Position numbers and translations under genes: made by a program. The notes below the pieces were generated by a model. The model was not told where the DNA came from, ran no database searches, and worked only from the letters and a program-made list of their open reading frames with translations. A stretch of DNA of 64,000 bases from Treponema sp. UBA4377 (GTDB lineage: Bacteria > Spirochaetota > Spirochaetia > Treponematales > Treponemataceae), in contig DGRX01000013.1 in the NCBI GenBank assembly GCA_002391235.1, positions 68,742 through 132,741 of the forward strand, in the 5' to 3' direction. Shown one piece after another: positions 18,413 through 27,032 of this stretch (position 1 is its first letter; the number at the start of each line of letters is the position of its first letter).

Positions 18413-20103
18413 TAACGGATGACCAACTCTTTAAAGTATTCGCGCCTTTTTTCGTCCTGCATCAAAAGGTTCATCTTGAACTGGCCGTCGCGCGCGCCTT
18501 TTTCTATCATGGCGGCCTTGTATTTTTCGAATGAGTTTTCAACCAAGCGGTGGCCGACCGGCTCCTTTACGCGGAAAGAGTCCCTTTTGGCGGCGTACTC
18601 AACGTTTTCGCTTTTTAGCTTTTGGTCAACGCAGGCGGCGAACTTGTCGCAAAAGGCCTGGTCAAGGTCTTGCTTTTGGAATTCAATGTATATGTGGTAG
18701 GCGCTTTCTTGCAAGTCCGCGAAGCCGACAAAGAAGGCCGCCTTTTGTCCAAGCTCTTTTTCGGTTTCCGCGACCGCGTCGATGAATTGGCGCTCGCTGA
18801 GCTTTTCGCCGGTCATCGAAACGATTCCGTTGATTTTTTGAATGAACTGGATTGTCGGAATCGTATTGTAACTGCCCGTGCATTCCACCATGTCGTTCAT
18901 GTTGTAGCGGTAAAGGCCGCCAAAAGTCGTTATGTATGGAATGTAGCGCTTGCCTTTTTGCAACTGGTGCAGTTGCAGGAATTTTGGGCTTTCGCTTTCG
19001 TCGCCGATTTCGGTGAACTCAAAGTAATGGTTGTGCGGGAACAATACCGTGTCGTCGGCTCCGTTCATTACCAAGCCGGCTCGGCATTCGCTGGCAAAGT
19101 AGCCGAATTCCTGGTCGAGCGTCTGTTCCGGAAAGTAGTCCTTGTACTTGTCGCGGTAAACGCTTGTGTTTCCGCAGTGCCAAGTGGTTATGGTCTGCAA
19201 GTTGGGCCAATAATGCTTGGGAAGAATGCGGCCGTATTTTGCCTTAAGCTCGCGAAGCTCGGCGGCGCGGGCCGGATTCGGCGAGTAGCGCGCTTCCAGA
19301 ACGGAGCGGATTTCTGGCTCGATGTTGACCTTTTTGCTAAGAGTTCCATGCTCGATGTCGTCAATGTAGTCGTCCAAGTATTGGTCGACGTTCTTTTGCA
19401 ATTCGATAATTGTCGATGGGTTGGCGGTTACCAAAAGCGTTACGTTTTGCTCGATTCCGCTTCGCATCAAGGCGTAGTAGCGGGCGGTGTAGTCTTTTAT
19501 CGCGAAAACGTCGGCGGGAGCGGAGTAAAGGCCCTTGATGAATTCCGGGCAGTCGCGCTGGGTCACGCCCGAAACGGAGCCGCATACCGTTCCGTCGGGA
19601 GCGTAGCCTTCGATTGACTTTCCTACGATTGAAACGCATTTTCCCCAAAAAGTCTTGGGCCTGTGCATGATAAAGGAGTAAAGCCAAAGCTTTGACATTT
19701 TGCTGAAAATGTTTTGGTAGTATTCGTTGGTGATTGGAATCCATTTTGGCTCTTTTGTCGTTCCGCTTGTCGTGGCGTACATCATCGGCTTTCCGGGGAA
19801 CAAGACGTTCTCCTCGCCGTTCTTGTGGCGCTCGATGTAGGGGCGCAAGTCTTCGTAGTCCTGGATCGGAACGTTCTTTTGCCAGCGCTCGTAAAGCCCG
19901 TCGGCGCTCTTGGCTTCTAGAATTTCTGAAAAATGATGGGCTTTTCCCCATTCGGAGTCTTTGGCGTATTCCAAGATTCCGCGCAAGGTCTTTTCTTCCG
20001 ACTTTGCGCAGTTTTTTGCGGCCTTGTCCAAAGCCTTTTTATTCTTTTTTCCTACCCAGCTAAGCGCGAATGTTATCAAGTTTGCGTTTTTTTCTTTTTT
20101 CAT
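18412..20103 (-). CDS. GH3 (auxin-responsive-promoter) family adenylating enzyme
   Basis: TSGTTKEPKWIPIT motif; start chosen at MKKEKN (GGAAGGA 7 nt upstream); the track ORF extends to a GTG at 20133. Confidence 0.75.
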   Translation of the reverse strand: MKKEKNANLITFALSWVGKKNKKALDKAAKNCAKSEEKTLRGILEYAKDSEWGKAHHFSEILEAKSADGLYERWQKNVPIQDYEDLRPYIERHKNGEENVLFPGKPMMYATTSGTTKEPKWIPITNEYYQNIFSKMSKLWLYSFIMHRPKTFWGKCVSIVGKSIEGYAPDGTVCGSVSGVTQRDCPEFIKGLYSAPADVFAIKDYTARYYALMRSGIEQNVTLLVTANPSTIIELQKNVDQYLDDYIDDIEHGTLSKKVNIEPEIRSVLEARYSPNPARAAELRELKAKYGRILPKHYWPNLQTITTWHCGNTSVYRDKYKDYFPEQTLDQEFGYFASECRAGLVMNGADDTVLFPHNHYFEFTEIGDESESPKFLQLHQLQKGKRYIPYITTFGGLYRYNMNDMVECTGSYNTIPTIQFIQKINGIVSMTGEKLSERQFIDAVAETEKELGQKAAFFVGFADLQESAYHIYIEFQKQDLDQAFCDKFAACVDQKLKSENVEYAAKRDSFRVKEPVGHRLVENSFEKYKAAMIEKGARDGQFKMNLLMQDEKRREYFKELVIR

Positions 20104-20209
20104 GTGAGATCCTTCCGCAAGTTGTTTGTTCACTATATTCTATTCCCTTTGGCAAACATTGTCAACTTTGCTTGCAAAAATGAAAGAATAGGTATATAAT
20201 AATAGAATA

Positions 20210-21685
20210 ATGTTTAATGAGATTTTTGGCAATAAGGTTTCGCGTTTCTCCGCTTGGAAGGCCGGCTTGGCCTATAAAATATGCAAAAAAATCTTTGGCG
20301 AGCAAAAAGAGCCTCTCGACCTTGTCGCCGTTCCCAAAGGCGGCGTCTACAAGGACTTTAAGGCCCTTACTTTGGTTCGCCGCGACGACCTTGAAGCCCA
20401 AAAAGACGACGACGGAACGCCGTTAAAGGTTTACGAAGTCAATCCAAAAAACGCCCTGGTCATCGGAACGATTCGAATGGGCTTCGGCCACTGGAGAATA
20501 GCCATTGCGCTTGCCAGCGTCGCGGCCAGCATGAACGTCCGGGCCTATATCTTGGACTACCTTTCTTTTTCAAACACTCCGATCGCAAAATCGATAAAAT
20601 TCTTGGAAGACTTGTACAACACTTTTAGCCGCCTTTCGCAAAGGTCAAAGTGGTTCAACAACCATATTTGGGAAGACATTACAAGCCGCGCCAACGCCAC
20701 GCTTGACTCCGCGATTCAGAACCGCGAAATTTCAAGGCTTTTTACGGCCGCATTGGAAAGGCTTCCAAAAGACATTCCGCTTGTGGCCGCGCATCCTTGG
20801 GTCGGTTGGTCGGCCATGCATTGCGGAATGAAAAAAGTGATTTCGATGGTGCCCGACAATTTGCCCCTGGCCTTCTGGCTTGTGCAAGGAAGCCTTCACA
20901 CAGTTCAGTCGCCGTCGGCCTACATGGGCTACCGCTCGCTTTTAAAGATGGAGCGCGGAAAGCCAATCACCCATTGCTTGCCCGCCAGCCAGATTGTCCA
21001 AACCGGCCATTACGTTGACTACGAGCTTTTGCGTTCCATAAAGTCGGATTGCAAGGCCCGTCTTGACCGCGCGAAGAGGGGAGAGGCCCGCCGCTTCCTT
21101 TTGACTATGGGCGGAGCGGGAGCGCAGGCGCATAAATTCGGCGACATAGCCGGCTATTGCAAGGAATACATCAAGCAAGAAAAGTGCGCCCTTATGATAA
21201 ATATGGGCGACCATGAGGGCCGCTGGCTTGTTCTAAAGGAATTGTTGGAAGCGGCCGGCGTTCCCTATGAAATGCACAGCGATTGGAAAAAGACAAAAGC
21301 CTTCGCGAAAGAGGCCGAAAGTTCGCCTGTGACCGGCGTCCACGTTTTTTTGCACAAGGATTTTTACGCGGCCGTTTATTGCACAAACCTCTTGATGCAT
21401 GTTTGCGATTTTATGGTCACAAAGCCTTCGGAGCTTTCGTTCTACCCAATTCCAAAGCTTTTCATACAGCGCGTAGGCCGCCACGAGGCTTGGGGCGCGA
21501 TTCGCGGAAGCGAGATTGGCGACGGAACAAAAGAAGCCGAGGAGCGCAATATTTTGCATCGCCTCTTGACTATGATTATAGAAGAGGACGACCTTCTTAA
21601 AATGCAGGTTCAAAATATTTTGAACAACGACAAAATGGGAATTTACAACGGCGGCTACAACGTAGTTCAAGCCGCGTTGCAATAA
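20210..21685 (+). CDS. hypothetical protein, possibly a GT28-like glycosyltransferase (MGDG synthase/UgtP-like)
   Basis: N-terminal IGTIRMGFGHWRIA and central LTMGGAGAQ resemble GT-B glycolipid synthases; the functional call is weak. Confidence 0.45.
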   Translation: MFNEIFGNKVSRFSAWKAGLAYKICKKIFGEQKEPLDLVAVPKGGVYKDFKALTLVRRDDLEAQKDDDGTPLKVYEVNPKNALVIGTIRMGFGHWRIAIALASVAASMNVRAYILDYLSFSNTPIAKSIKFLEDLYNTFSRLSQRSKWFNNHIWEDITSRANATLDSAIQNREISRLFTAALERLPKDIPLVAAHPWVGWSAMHCGMKKVISMVPDNLPLAFWLVQGSLHTVQSPSAYMGYRSLLKMERGKPITHCLPASQIVQTGHYVDYELLRSIKSDCKARLDRAKRGEARRFLLTMGGAGAQAHKFGDIAGYCKEYIKQEKCALMINMGDHEGRWLVLKELLEAAGVPYEMHSDWKKTKAFAKEAESSPVTGVHVFLHKDFYAAVYCTNLLMHVCDFMVTKPSELSFYPIPKLFIQRVGRHEAWGAIRGSEIGDGTKEAEERNILHRLLTMIIEEDDLLKMQVQNILNNDKMGIYNGGYNVVQAALQ

Positions 21686-21711
21686 ATATAATTTATTATA
21701 GGAGACATAAA

Positions 21712-22743
21712 ATGTCGTTTGTTGACGAACTCTTAAAAAAGGCCAAGTCGGCCAACAAGACAATCGTTCTTTGCGAAGGCGAGGACAAGCGCGTGGTTGA
21801 GGCCGCCGCTAAAATCGTAAAGGAAGGAATCGCGAAAATCATTCTTTTGGGAACGGAAGAGGAAGCCAAAAAGGCCGCGCCCGGCGTTGACCTTTCTGGC
21901 GTAAAACTGGTTGACCCAGCCACAAGCGCCGACGCCGACCGCTACGCCGAGATTTTGTTCAAGGCGCGCGAAGGAAAAATCAACAAAAAGACCAACCAGC
22001 CCGAGTACGCCGACGTTGCCGCGGCCAAGGCTTACATTCAAAAAGACCGCACGATGTTCGGAGCGCTTATCCTTAAGGCCGGCGACGCGGACGGCTTTGT
22101 TTCTGGCGCCTGCCATTCAACGGCCAACACTTTGCGCCCCGGCTTGCAGGTTATAAAGACCGCGCCTGGAATCTCGACTGTTTCATCAAGCTTTATCATG
22201 GTGGCTCCCGAGGGCGGAAATCCCTACATCAAGGAAGGCGTTTCTCTCTTTGCCGACTGCGCGATTAACATCGAGCCCGACGCGCAGCAGTTGGCCGACA
22301 TCGCCGTCGCAACCGCCGACACTGCAAAAAAAATCGCCGGCATCGAGCCCCGCGTGGCCATGCTTTCGTTCTCCACAAAGGGAAGCGGAAACGACGACAA
22401 ATTCTTTAAGTCGGTTCCAAAAGTCCAGGAGGCCACGGAACTTGCAAAGAAAGCCGCTCCCGGCTTGTCCATCGACGGCGAGTTCCAGTTTGACGCCGCG
22501 GTCGCGCCGGAAGTAGGACAGCTTAAGGCGCCGGGAAGCGCGGTCGCCGGCCACGCCAACGTTTTTGTTTTTCCCAACATCAACGCGGGAAACATCGGCT
22601 ACAAGATTTGCCAGCGCATGGGCGGCTGGATGGCTATCGGCCCTGTATGCCAAGGCTTTGCCAAGCCGCTCAACGACCTTAGCCGCGGCTGCAACGTTGA
22701 CGACATCGTCGCCACAGTAGCGGTCACCGCGCTGCAGGCCTAA
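21712..22743 (+). CDS. pta: phosphate acetyltransferase
   Basis: 343 aa; KTIVLCEGEDKRVVEAAAKIVKEGIAKIILLG and the C-terminal DLSRGC motif of the short Pta form. Confidence 0.9.
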   Translation: MSFVDELLKKAKSANKTIVLCEGEDKRVVEAAAKIVKEGIAKIILLGTEEEAKKAAPGVDLSGVKLVDPATSADADRYAEILFKAREGKINKKTNQPEYADVAAAKAYIQKDRTMFGALILKAGDADGFVSGACHSTANTLRPGLQVIKTAPGISTVSSSFIMVAPEGGNPYIKEGVSLFADCAINIEPDAQQLADIAVATADTAKKIAGIEPRVAMLSFSTKGSGNDDKFFKSVPKVQEATELAKKAAPGLSIDGEFQFDAAVAPEVGQLKAPGSAVAGHANVFVFPNINAGNIGYKICQRMGGWMAIGPVCQGFAKPLNDLSRGCNVDDIVATVAVTALQA

Positions 22744-22783
22744 TTTTTTGTTTGAAAAATAGCAAAGGCTAAGAAGCAAGCGC

Positions 22784-22890
22784 AAAAAAACGCGTAGCGG
22801 GAAGGCCGGGCGGCGAGAACTTAGGACACGTTAAGCTAATCACTTTGCCCTAAAAGTACCTCGTTCGCAGCCGCAGCTAGACGCGTTTTT
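22784..22890. repeat. structured intergenic repeat, copy R2
   Basis: Same conserved core as R1. The closing stem AAAAACGCGTAGC/GCTAGACGCGTTTTT differs from R1 but still pairs. Followed by TTGCAT-N17-TATATT. Confidence 0.6.
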
Positions 22891-22933
22891 GCCTATTGCA
22901 TTTATTTTCTTTGTTTGTTATATTAGAAAAAAT

Positions 22934-23151
22934 AAAAACGCGCGAAGGCGCGGGGCGGCTGGCGGCAACTCTCTGTTTGCGCCTGCCGCGTTAGCGGCAG
23001 CGTTGGATAGTTACAAGCGCAAACAGCGAGTAGCGAGCCGTGCGGAGCGCGTAAGCGCGACTGCAATACCTTGAGAGGCCTCGTTTCTAACGGAAACGAG
23101 ACAGTTATCTAGCGGTGCCGCTCAGACGCAGCCGCAACTGGAAGCGTTTTT
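22934..23151 (+). ncRNA. candidate structured RNA (R3) between pta and tRNA-Val
   Basis: ORF-poor stretch of about 220 nt starting just downstream of TTGCAT-N17-TATATT. Contains a 10-bp stem CTGTTTGCGC/GCGCAAACAG, nested hairpins (CTGCCGC-GTTA-GCGGCAG, CTCGTTTC/GAAACGAG) and ends in GCGTTTTTATTTTTT. Its two ends resemble the ends of R2. Confidence 0.35.
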
Positions 23152-23166
23152 ATTTTTTCAATCTTG

Positions 23167-23237
23167 GATGATTAGCTTAGTGGTAGAGCGCTTCCTTCAC
23201 ACGGAAGAGGTCGTTGGTTCGATCCCAATATCATCCA
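23167..23237 (+). tRNA. tRNA-Val (anticodon CAC)
   Basis: Hand-folded cloverleaf: acceptor GGATGAT/ATCATCC, anticodon loop TTCACAC, T arm GTTGG-TTCGATC-CCAAT; no encoded CCA. Confidence 0.85.
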
Positions 23238-23239
23238 AA
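23212..23239 (+). repeat. attL core (3' end of tRNA-Val)
   Basis: CGTTGGTTCGATCCCAATATCATCCAAA, identical to 50965..50992. Confidence 0.85.
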
Positions 23240-23284
23240 ATTAAATCTTTATAATATAATGATTTAGATGGTTTTGAGATTACC

Positions 23285-23307
23285 GTGACAGCAGATTGAC
23301 AGCAAAT
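23285..23307 (+). promoter_or_regulatory. tandem GTGACAGCA-type repeats (candidate integrase arm-type sites)
   Basis: GTGACAGCAGATTGACAGCAAAT lies just upstream of int. A similar tandem, TTGTCAGCA..ATGATAGCAGATATGATAGCAAAT, lies near attR. Confidence 0.45.
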
Positions 23308-23318
23308 GGAGGAACAAA

Positions 23319-24449
23319 ATGCGTGTGACGGAACCTTACATCATATTTCCCAGAACACTTCCTTCCGGACGTGTGGTTTATTACTACCAATACCGCGACG
23401 CTTCCGGGCGGCGCTCAAGCGCCCTTTCGACCGGAGAGACGGTCCTTTCAAAGGCGAAAAGAAAAATCCAGAAGATGTACAACGATGGCGCCTTTTCGAA
23501 GGAAATCCGTTCGGTTTTGTTTTCGGATTTTGCAAAGGGCTTTTTTGACAAAGACGGAAAGTACTTTGAATTCCAAGCCCTTACAAGCCGTCCGATTAAG
23601 GACAACACCCTTATCTTGTACCGTAAGCTTCTTGCGAACCAGCTGATTCCTTTTTTTGGTGAAAAGCAAATTGGTGACGTCAGCAAGGACGTTGTGAAGG
23701 ATTGGATCGTCTGGGCGAGTGGATTCTGGTCAGCGAAGACCGTAAACAACGCCCGTGGCGTCTTGAACATAATACTTGAAGCGGCTGTTGACAAAGAAAT
23801 CATAGACAGGAATCCTTTGGCAGGAATCAAGTATAGGCCTACTGAAAGAAAGAGCCGCAGGTTGCTTACGCCAGACGAAATTAAAGAAGTGTATTTTTCT
23901 CAGCTCTGGACTAGGGATTGTCAAAGAAAAATGTTTCTTTTGGCTGCCCTTACTGGAATGAGAATAGGCGAGGTCGCCGCTTTGCGAAAAGAGGACTTGC
24001 ACGAAAACTACATCGACGTTTCTCACACGTATTCTGACAGCTTGGGGTTGGGCAGCACAAAGACCGGCGAAAGCCGAAAGGTCCCAATCTTGGAGAATTT
24101 TGATTTCGGAGAGTCGCGGACCGAATGGGTGTTTGAGGGGCTTTCTGCAGATCGTCCTATGTTCTCGCACGCGGTATACAACACGTTCGCTAGAATCTGC
24201 GACAAGCTTGGTATAGACAGGAAAGGAAGAGGAATCACGATTCATTCGCTTCGGAACTTTTTCATTTCGTACTTGCAGGAAGAGAACGTTCCTGAAAGCA
24301 AGATAAAGGCCGTTGTGGGCCACAAGGACAAGTCTGACATGACTGAGCGCTACACCTATTGGCGGCCCGATATGTTTCCCGAAGTCTACGCCGCTCAAAA
24401 AAAGCTTTATACAGCTATAGTTGGCTCAGCTGCCCAAAAGGCAAGATAA
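23319..24449 (+). CDS. tyrosine site-specific integrase (phage-integrase family)
   Basis: 376 aa; arm-binding-type N-terminus. Catalytic pattern: R (GMRIGE), K, HSLRNFF, HKDKSDMTERYTY with the terminal Tyr. Confidence 0.9.
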   Translation: MRVTEPYIIFPRTLPSGRVVYYYQYRDASGRRSSALSTGETVLSKAKRKIQKMYNDGAFSKEIRSVLFSDFAKGFFDKDGKYFEFQALTSRPIKDNTLILYRKLLANQLIPFFGEKQIGDVSKDVVKDWIVWASGFWSAKTVNNARGVLNIILEAAVDKEIIDRNPLAGIKYRPTERKSRRLLTPDEIKEVYFSQLWTRDCQRKMFLLAALTGMRIGEVAALRKEDLHENYIDVSHTYSDSLGLGSTKTGESRKVPILENFDFGESRTEWVFEGLSADRPMFSHAVYNTFARICDKLGIDRKGRGITIHSLRNFFISYLQEENVPESKIKAVVGHKDKSDMTERYTYWRPDMFPEVYAAQKKLYTAIVGSAAQKAR

Positions 24450-24628
24450 AGAAAAGCGCTCCACTTTCGGCTTAATTTATTATTTTATATGTAATTAAAG
24501 TGCTCCACTTTGCTTAAAAAGTGGAGCGCTTTTGGAGCACTGTTTTTTTTATCTCAAAAACAGGCTCGTCGATTTTTCTTCTTGACATATATAAATATGT
24601 ATAATTATATATATATGGAGGTGGCTGC

Positions 24629-24901
24629 ATGATGGTGGAAACTGCCCAAATGATGCCGATTACAAGGCTGCAAAAGGAATTGACCCAAACCGTAAGAAAG
24701 GTTTCCGAGAAAAACGAATCTGTATACATTCTCAAAAACAACAATATGGAGGCGGTTATTGTTCCATTCCACGAATACGAATATCTTTCCGCCTTAGAAG
24801 AGGCCTTCGAGCGGTTGGAAATCGCGGAAAACCTTGCCCCAAGAATGAAGCGCTACAACGCGGCGAAATCTGTCAGCTGGGATTCCATAAGGAAAGATTG
24901 A
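24629..24901 (+). CDS. Phd/YefM-family antitoxin
   Basis: PITRLQKELTQTVRKVSEKNESVYILKNNNMEAVIVPFHEYE is typical of Phd/YefM; its stop overlaps the toxin ATG (ATGA-type junction). Confidence 0.75.
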   Translation: MMVETAQMMPITRLQKELTQTVRKVSEKNESVYILKNNNMEAVIVPFHEYEYLSALEEAFERLEIAENLAPRMKRYNAAKSVSWDSIRKD

Positions 24902-25231
24902 TGGACAAAGAAAAAAAAAGAAGTCCGAATCAATTTCATTCCCGAAGCCGTCGAAGACTACAATAATCTTGACGGAAGCCAAAGAAAATCCGTCAACAAG
25001 GAAATTGACAAACTGAAGGCCAACCCATTCGCGGGCCGGGAGTTTGGAAACAAGGACAACGTGGATTTGACCGGCTTCTACAAAATGTACGCATGCAACA
25101 AAAGCATACGGATTGTTTACAGGCTGCTCTCCGCCGAGAAAATAGAAGTGGTGGAAATTTGGGGAATCGGAAAAAGGGACAAGCTGAAGATTTACAAGAC
25201 TGTGGGAGCGAGGGCGAACAAAGCGAAATAG
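24901..25231 (+). pseudogene. relE: RelE/ParE-family toxin gene interrupted by a frameshift in an A9 tract
   Basis: The ATG at 24901 reads MDKEKK and stops after 21 codons. The next frame from 24920 reads EVRINFIPEAVEDYNNLDGSQRKSVNKEIDKLKANPFAGRE...IRIVYRL..EKIEVVEIWGIGKRDK (RelE/ParE-like) up to the TAG at 25229. Removing one A from A9 (24911..24919) restores a single ORF. Confidence 0.7.
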
Positions 25232-25327
25232 GAAGCGGCGGATGCCATAAAAGCTGTAACGGCAAGTTATGGCTACAAGCCTGAGCGCTCTCGTCTCCGC
25301 GGACAGACGGGTGCCGCCATTGCTTCC
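25231..25327 (-). ncRNA. about 97-nt three-way-junction repeat (3WJ element), copy v1
   Basis: Minus-strand GGAAGC-AAT-GGCGG...CCGCC-GCTTCC with two internal hairpins. Minus-strand TTGACA (25361..25356), a 16-nt spacer and TACAAT (25339..25334) place +1 at about 25327. Confidence 0.5.
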
Positions 25328-25560
25328 AAGAATATTGTAGCGCAATTTGCGCGCGTGTCAATTACTCACGTTGAGTAAAAGGCTTGACGGTTGTTGCGTA
25401 TGCACTATACTTGGATTGTCGGTTACGTCAGAGATAGCCGCTGCGGCTTTTCCATATTAAAGAGAAAATCTTCCGACATTACATTGTTCGACCGTAATGC
25501 CTTTATGAAGGACGGAACCCTTGTACCTTCGGAAGATTAGTAAAAACGTAACACAAAATT

Positions 25561-25641
25561 GCCGTTGAAGTTCGCCACACTTCCTCAACCGCCGGACAAC
25601 AAGTGTCCGACCCCGCAGCAGGCATCTCTACATTAAACGGC
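25561..25641. repeat. about 80-bp structured repeat (second copy at 46450..46529)
   Basis: GCCGTTGAAGTTCGCCAC...CGGACAACAAGTGTCCG...CATTAAACGGC with a closing stem and an internal hairpin. Confidence 0.55.
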
Positions 25642-25643
25642 AA

Positions 25644-25740
25644 GGAAGCGGCAGAAACCATAAATGCGGTGAACGCCAGATATGGCTACAAACCTGAGTT
25701 TCACGAGATATACGCTCGGGTGGGAGCTGCCATTGCTTCC
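25644..25740 (-). ncRNA. 3WJ element, copy v5
   Basis: Same architecture with GGCAG/CTGCC replacing GGCGG/CCGCC. The same TTGACA/TACAAT promoter sits immediately upstream on the minus strand. Confidence 0.5.
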
Positions 25741-25834
25741 AAGAATATTGTAGCGCAAATCGCGCGCGTGTCAATTACTCACGTTGTGTAAAAGGCTTGA
25801 TGGTTGACGCAGCGCTCTTCTTTCTTTAATTCCG

Positions 25835-26218
25835 TCATTCGCTGAGCCCCAAGCCGGTGACGTACAGAAACTTTGTCTGTCCTTCGGCGATGATTATGTC
25901 GGCGAATCCGCTCGCGGCGATTCTCGGAAGAACTCCCATGTATGAAGTCATTGCGTAAACTCTGTAAGCGCCAGCGTCGAGATAAACGTTGCTGTGCGTC
26001 ACGTCGATGTTGTGGGCTGTCCACACCTGCCTGTAGTTTTCTTTTTCCGACGGACGGCGGACGTACACGCCCCTGATGTACAAATCCTCGGCGTTGGACT
26101 CAATCACCAAAAGGCCTTGTCCATCCGGTATGCCCTGCGAGCACGAGCAAAAAACGGCCGCAAACGCCGCCGCCGCGAGCGCCGCCAAGACAAGCTTCCT
26201 GATTCGTTCAAATTTCAT
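25835..26218 (-). CDS. small lipoprotein, function unknown
   Basis: Start at MKFERIRK (GGAG 8 nt upstream), lipobox AVFCSCS. The track ORF to 26389 runs through the upstream gene end. Confidence 0.6.
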   Translation of the reverse strand: MKFERIRKLVLAALAAAAFAAVFCSCSQGIPDGQGLLVIESNAEDLYIRGVYVRRPSEKENYRQVWTAHNIDVTHSNVYLDAGAYRVYAMTSYMGVLPRIAASGFADIIIAEGQTKFLYVTGLGLSE

Positions 26219-26246
26219 AACAAATATCTCCTTAAAAAAACGCAGC

Positions 26247-27032
26247 TTAGCTTTTAAGTTCCGCAAGCTTTTCCGCGACGACGCCTTCGGTGTACAGCGG
26301 AATGTAGCGGCTTTGGTTGCGGTGGTCATAACCCCAGTTTTCGTGCCAGTGGCCGAAGAACCAGCGCTTGTAAGAAACCATTCCGTCAATTCTGTCGTTG
26401 AAGCGAACGTTGCTGTCTTCCCTAAAGGCAGCCGCGTATTCCGGGTAGTCGCAAGACGACTCTATGCAACTTATGCCGCTGAGCGGGCCGGTATGGGAAA
26501 GGACGAAGTCAAAGGCCTTTCCAAACTTTTCTATCCTAGAAATGCAGGCGTTTTCTTCTTCCGAAGTCCATTCTTCTTGAGCCCACAAGTCCTTGTCCAG
26601 CGTCCTTCTGCTTTTGTCCTGGCTTTGCGCTCCGCCCAAGACAAGAAAGTTTTTTCCTTGAATGTTGTAAATGTGGCCGCGAATCAAGTAAAAGACATTT
26701 TCGCTAACCTTGAGGACTTTGTCGCCGTACATTTCCGCTTGCGGAAGCTTTTCCAGCATATTGTAGTTGTCGTGGTTCCCCATCACGGCCAAAACCTTGA
26801 AGGGCTTTTTGTTGTACCAGTCCAAAAGGTATTTGTCGCTTTTATCCGCGGGATGAATTCCGTTTTCGTCAACAGGGCAGTCTTCCCAAGGAAGGCCGAA
26901 GTCCCCAAGGACAATGGCCTCCGTTACCTCAGAATACTTGGCGCCTTGAAGGAAGCAATAACGTCGCATCCACTTTGCCGAGAGATGGCGCATGTCGATT
27001 GTGTTGTGTGTGTCGCCCGTTATGTAAATCAT
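26247..27032 (-). CDS. calcineurin-like metallophosphoesterase
   Basis: Motifs GDTH, LGDFG, GNHD, GHWH. Confidence 0.8.
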   Translation of the reverse strand: MIYITGDTHNTIDMRHLSAKWMRRYCFLQGAKYSEVTEAIVLGDFGLPWEDCPVDENGIHPADKSDKYLLDWYNKKPFKVLAVMGNHDNYNMLEKLPQAEMYGDKVLKVSENVFYLIRGHIYNIQGKNFLVLGGAQSQDKSRRTLDKDLWAQEEWTSEEENACISRIEKFGKAFDFVLSHTGPLSGISCIESSCDYPEYAAAFREDSNVRFNDRIDGMVSYKRWFFGHWHENWGYDHRNQSRYIPLYTEGVVAEKLAELKS

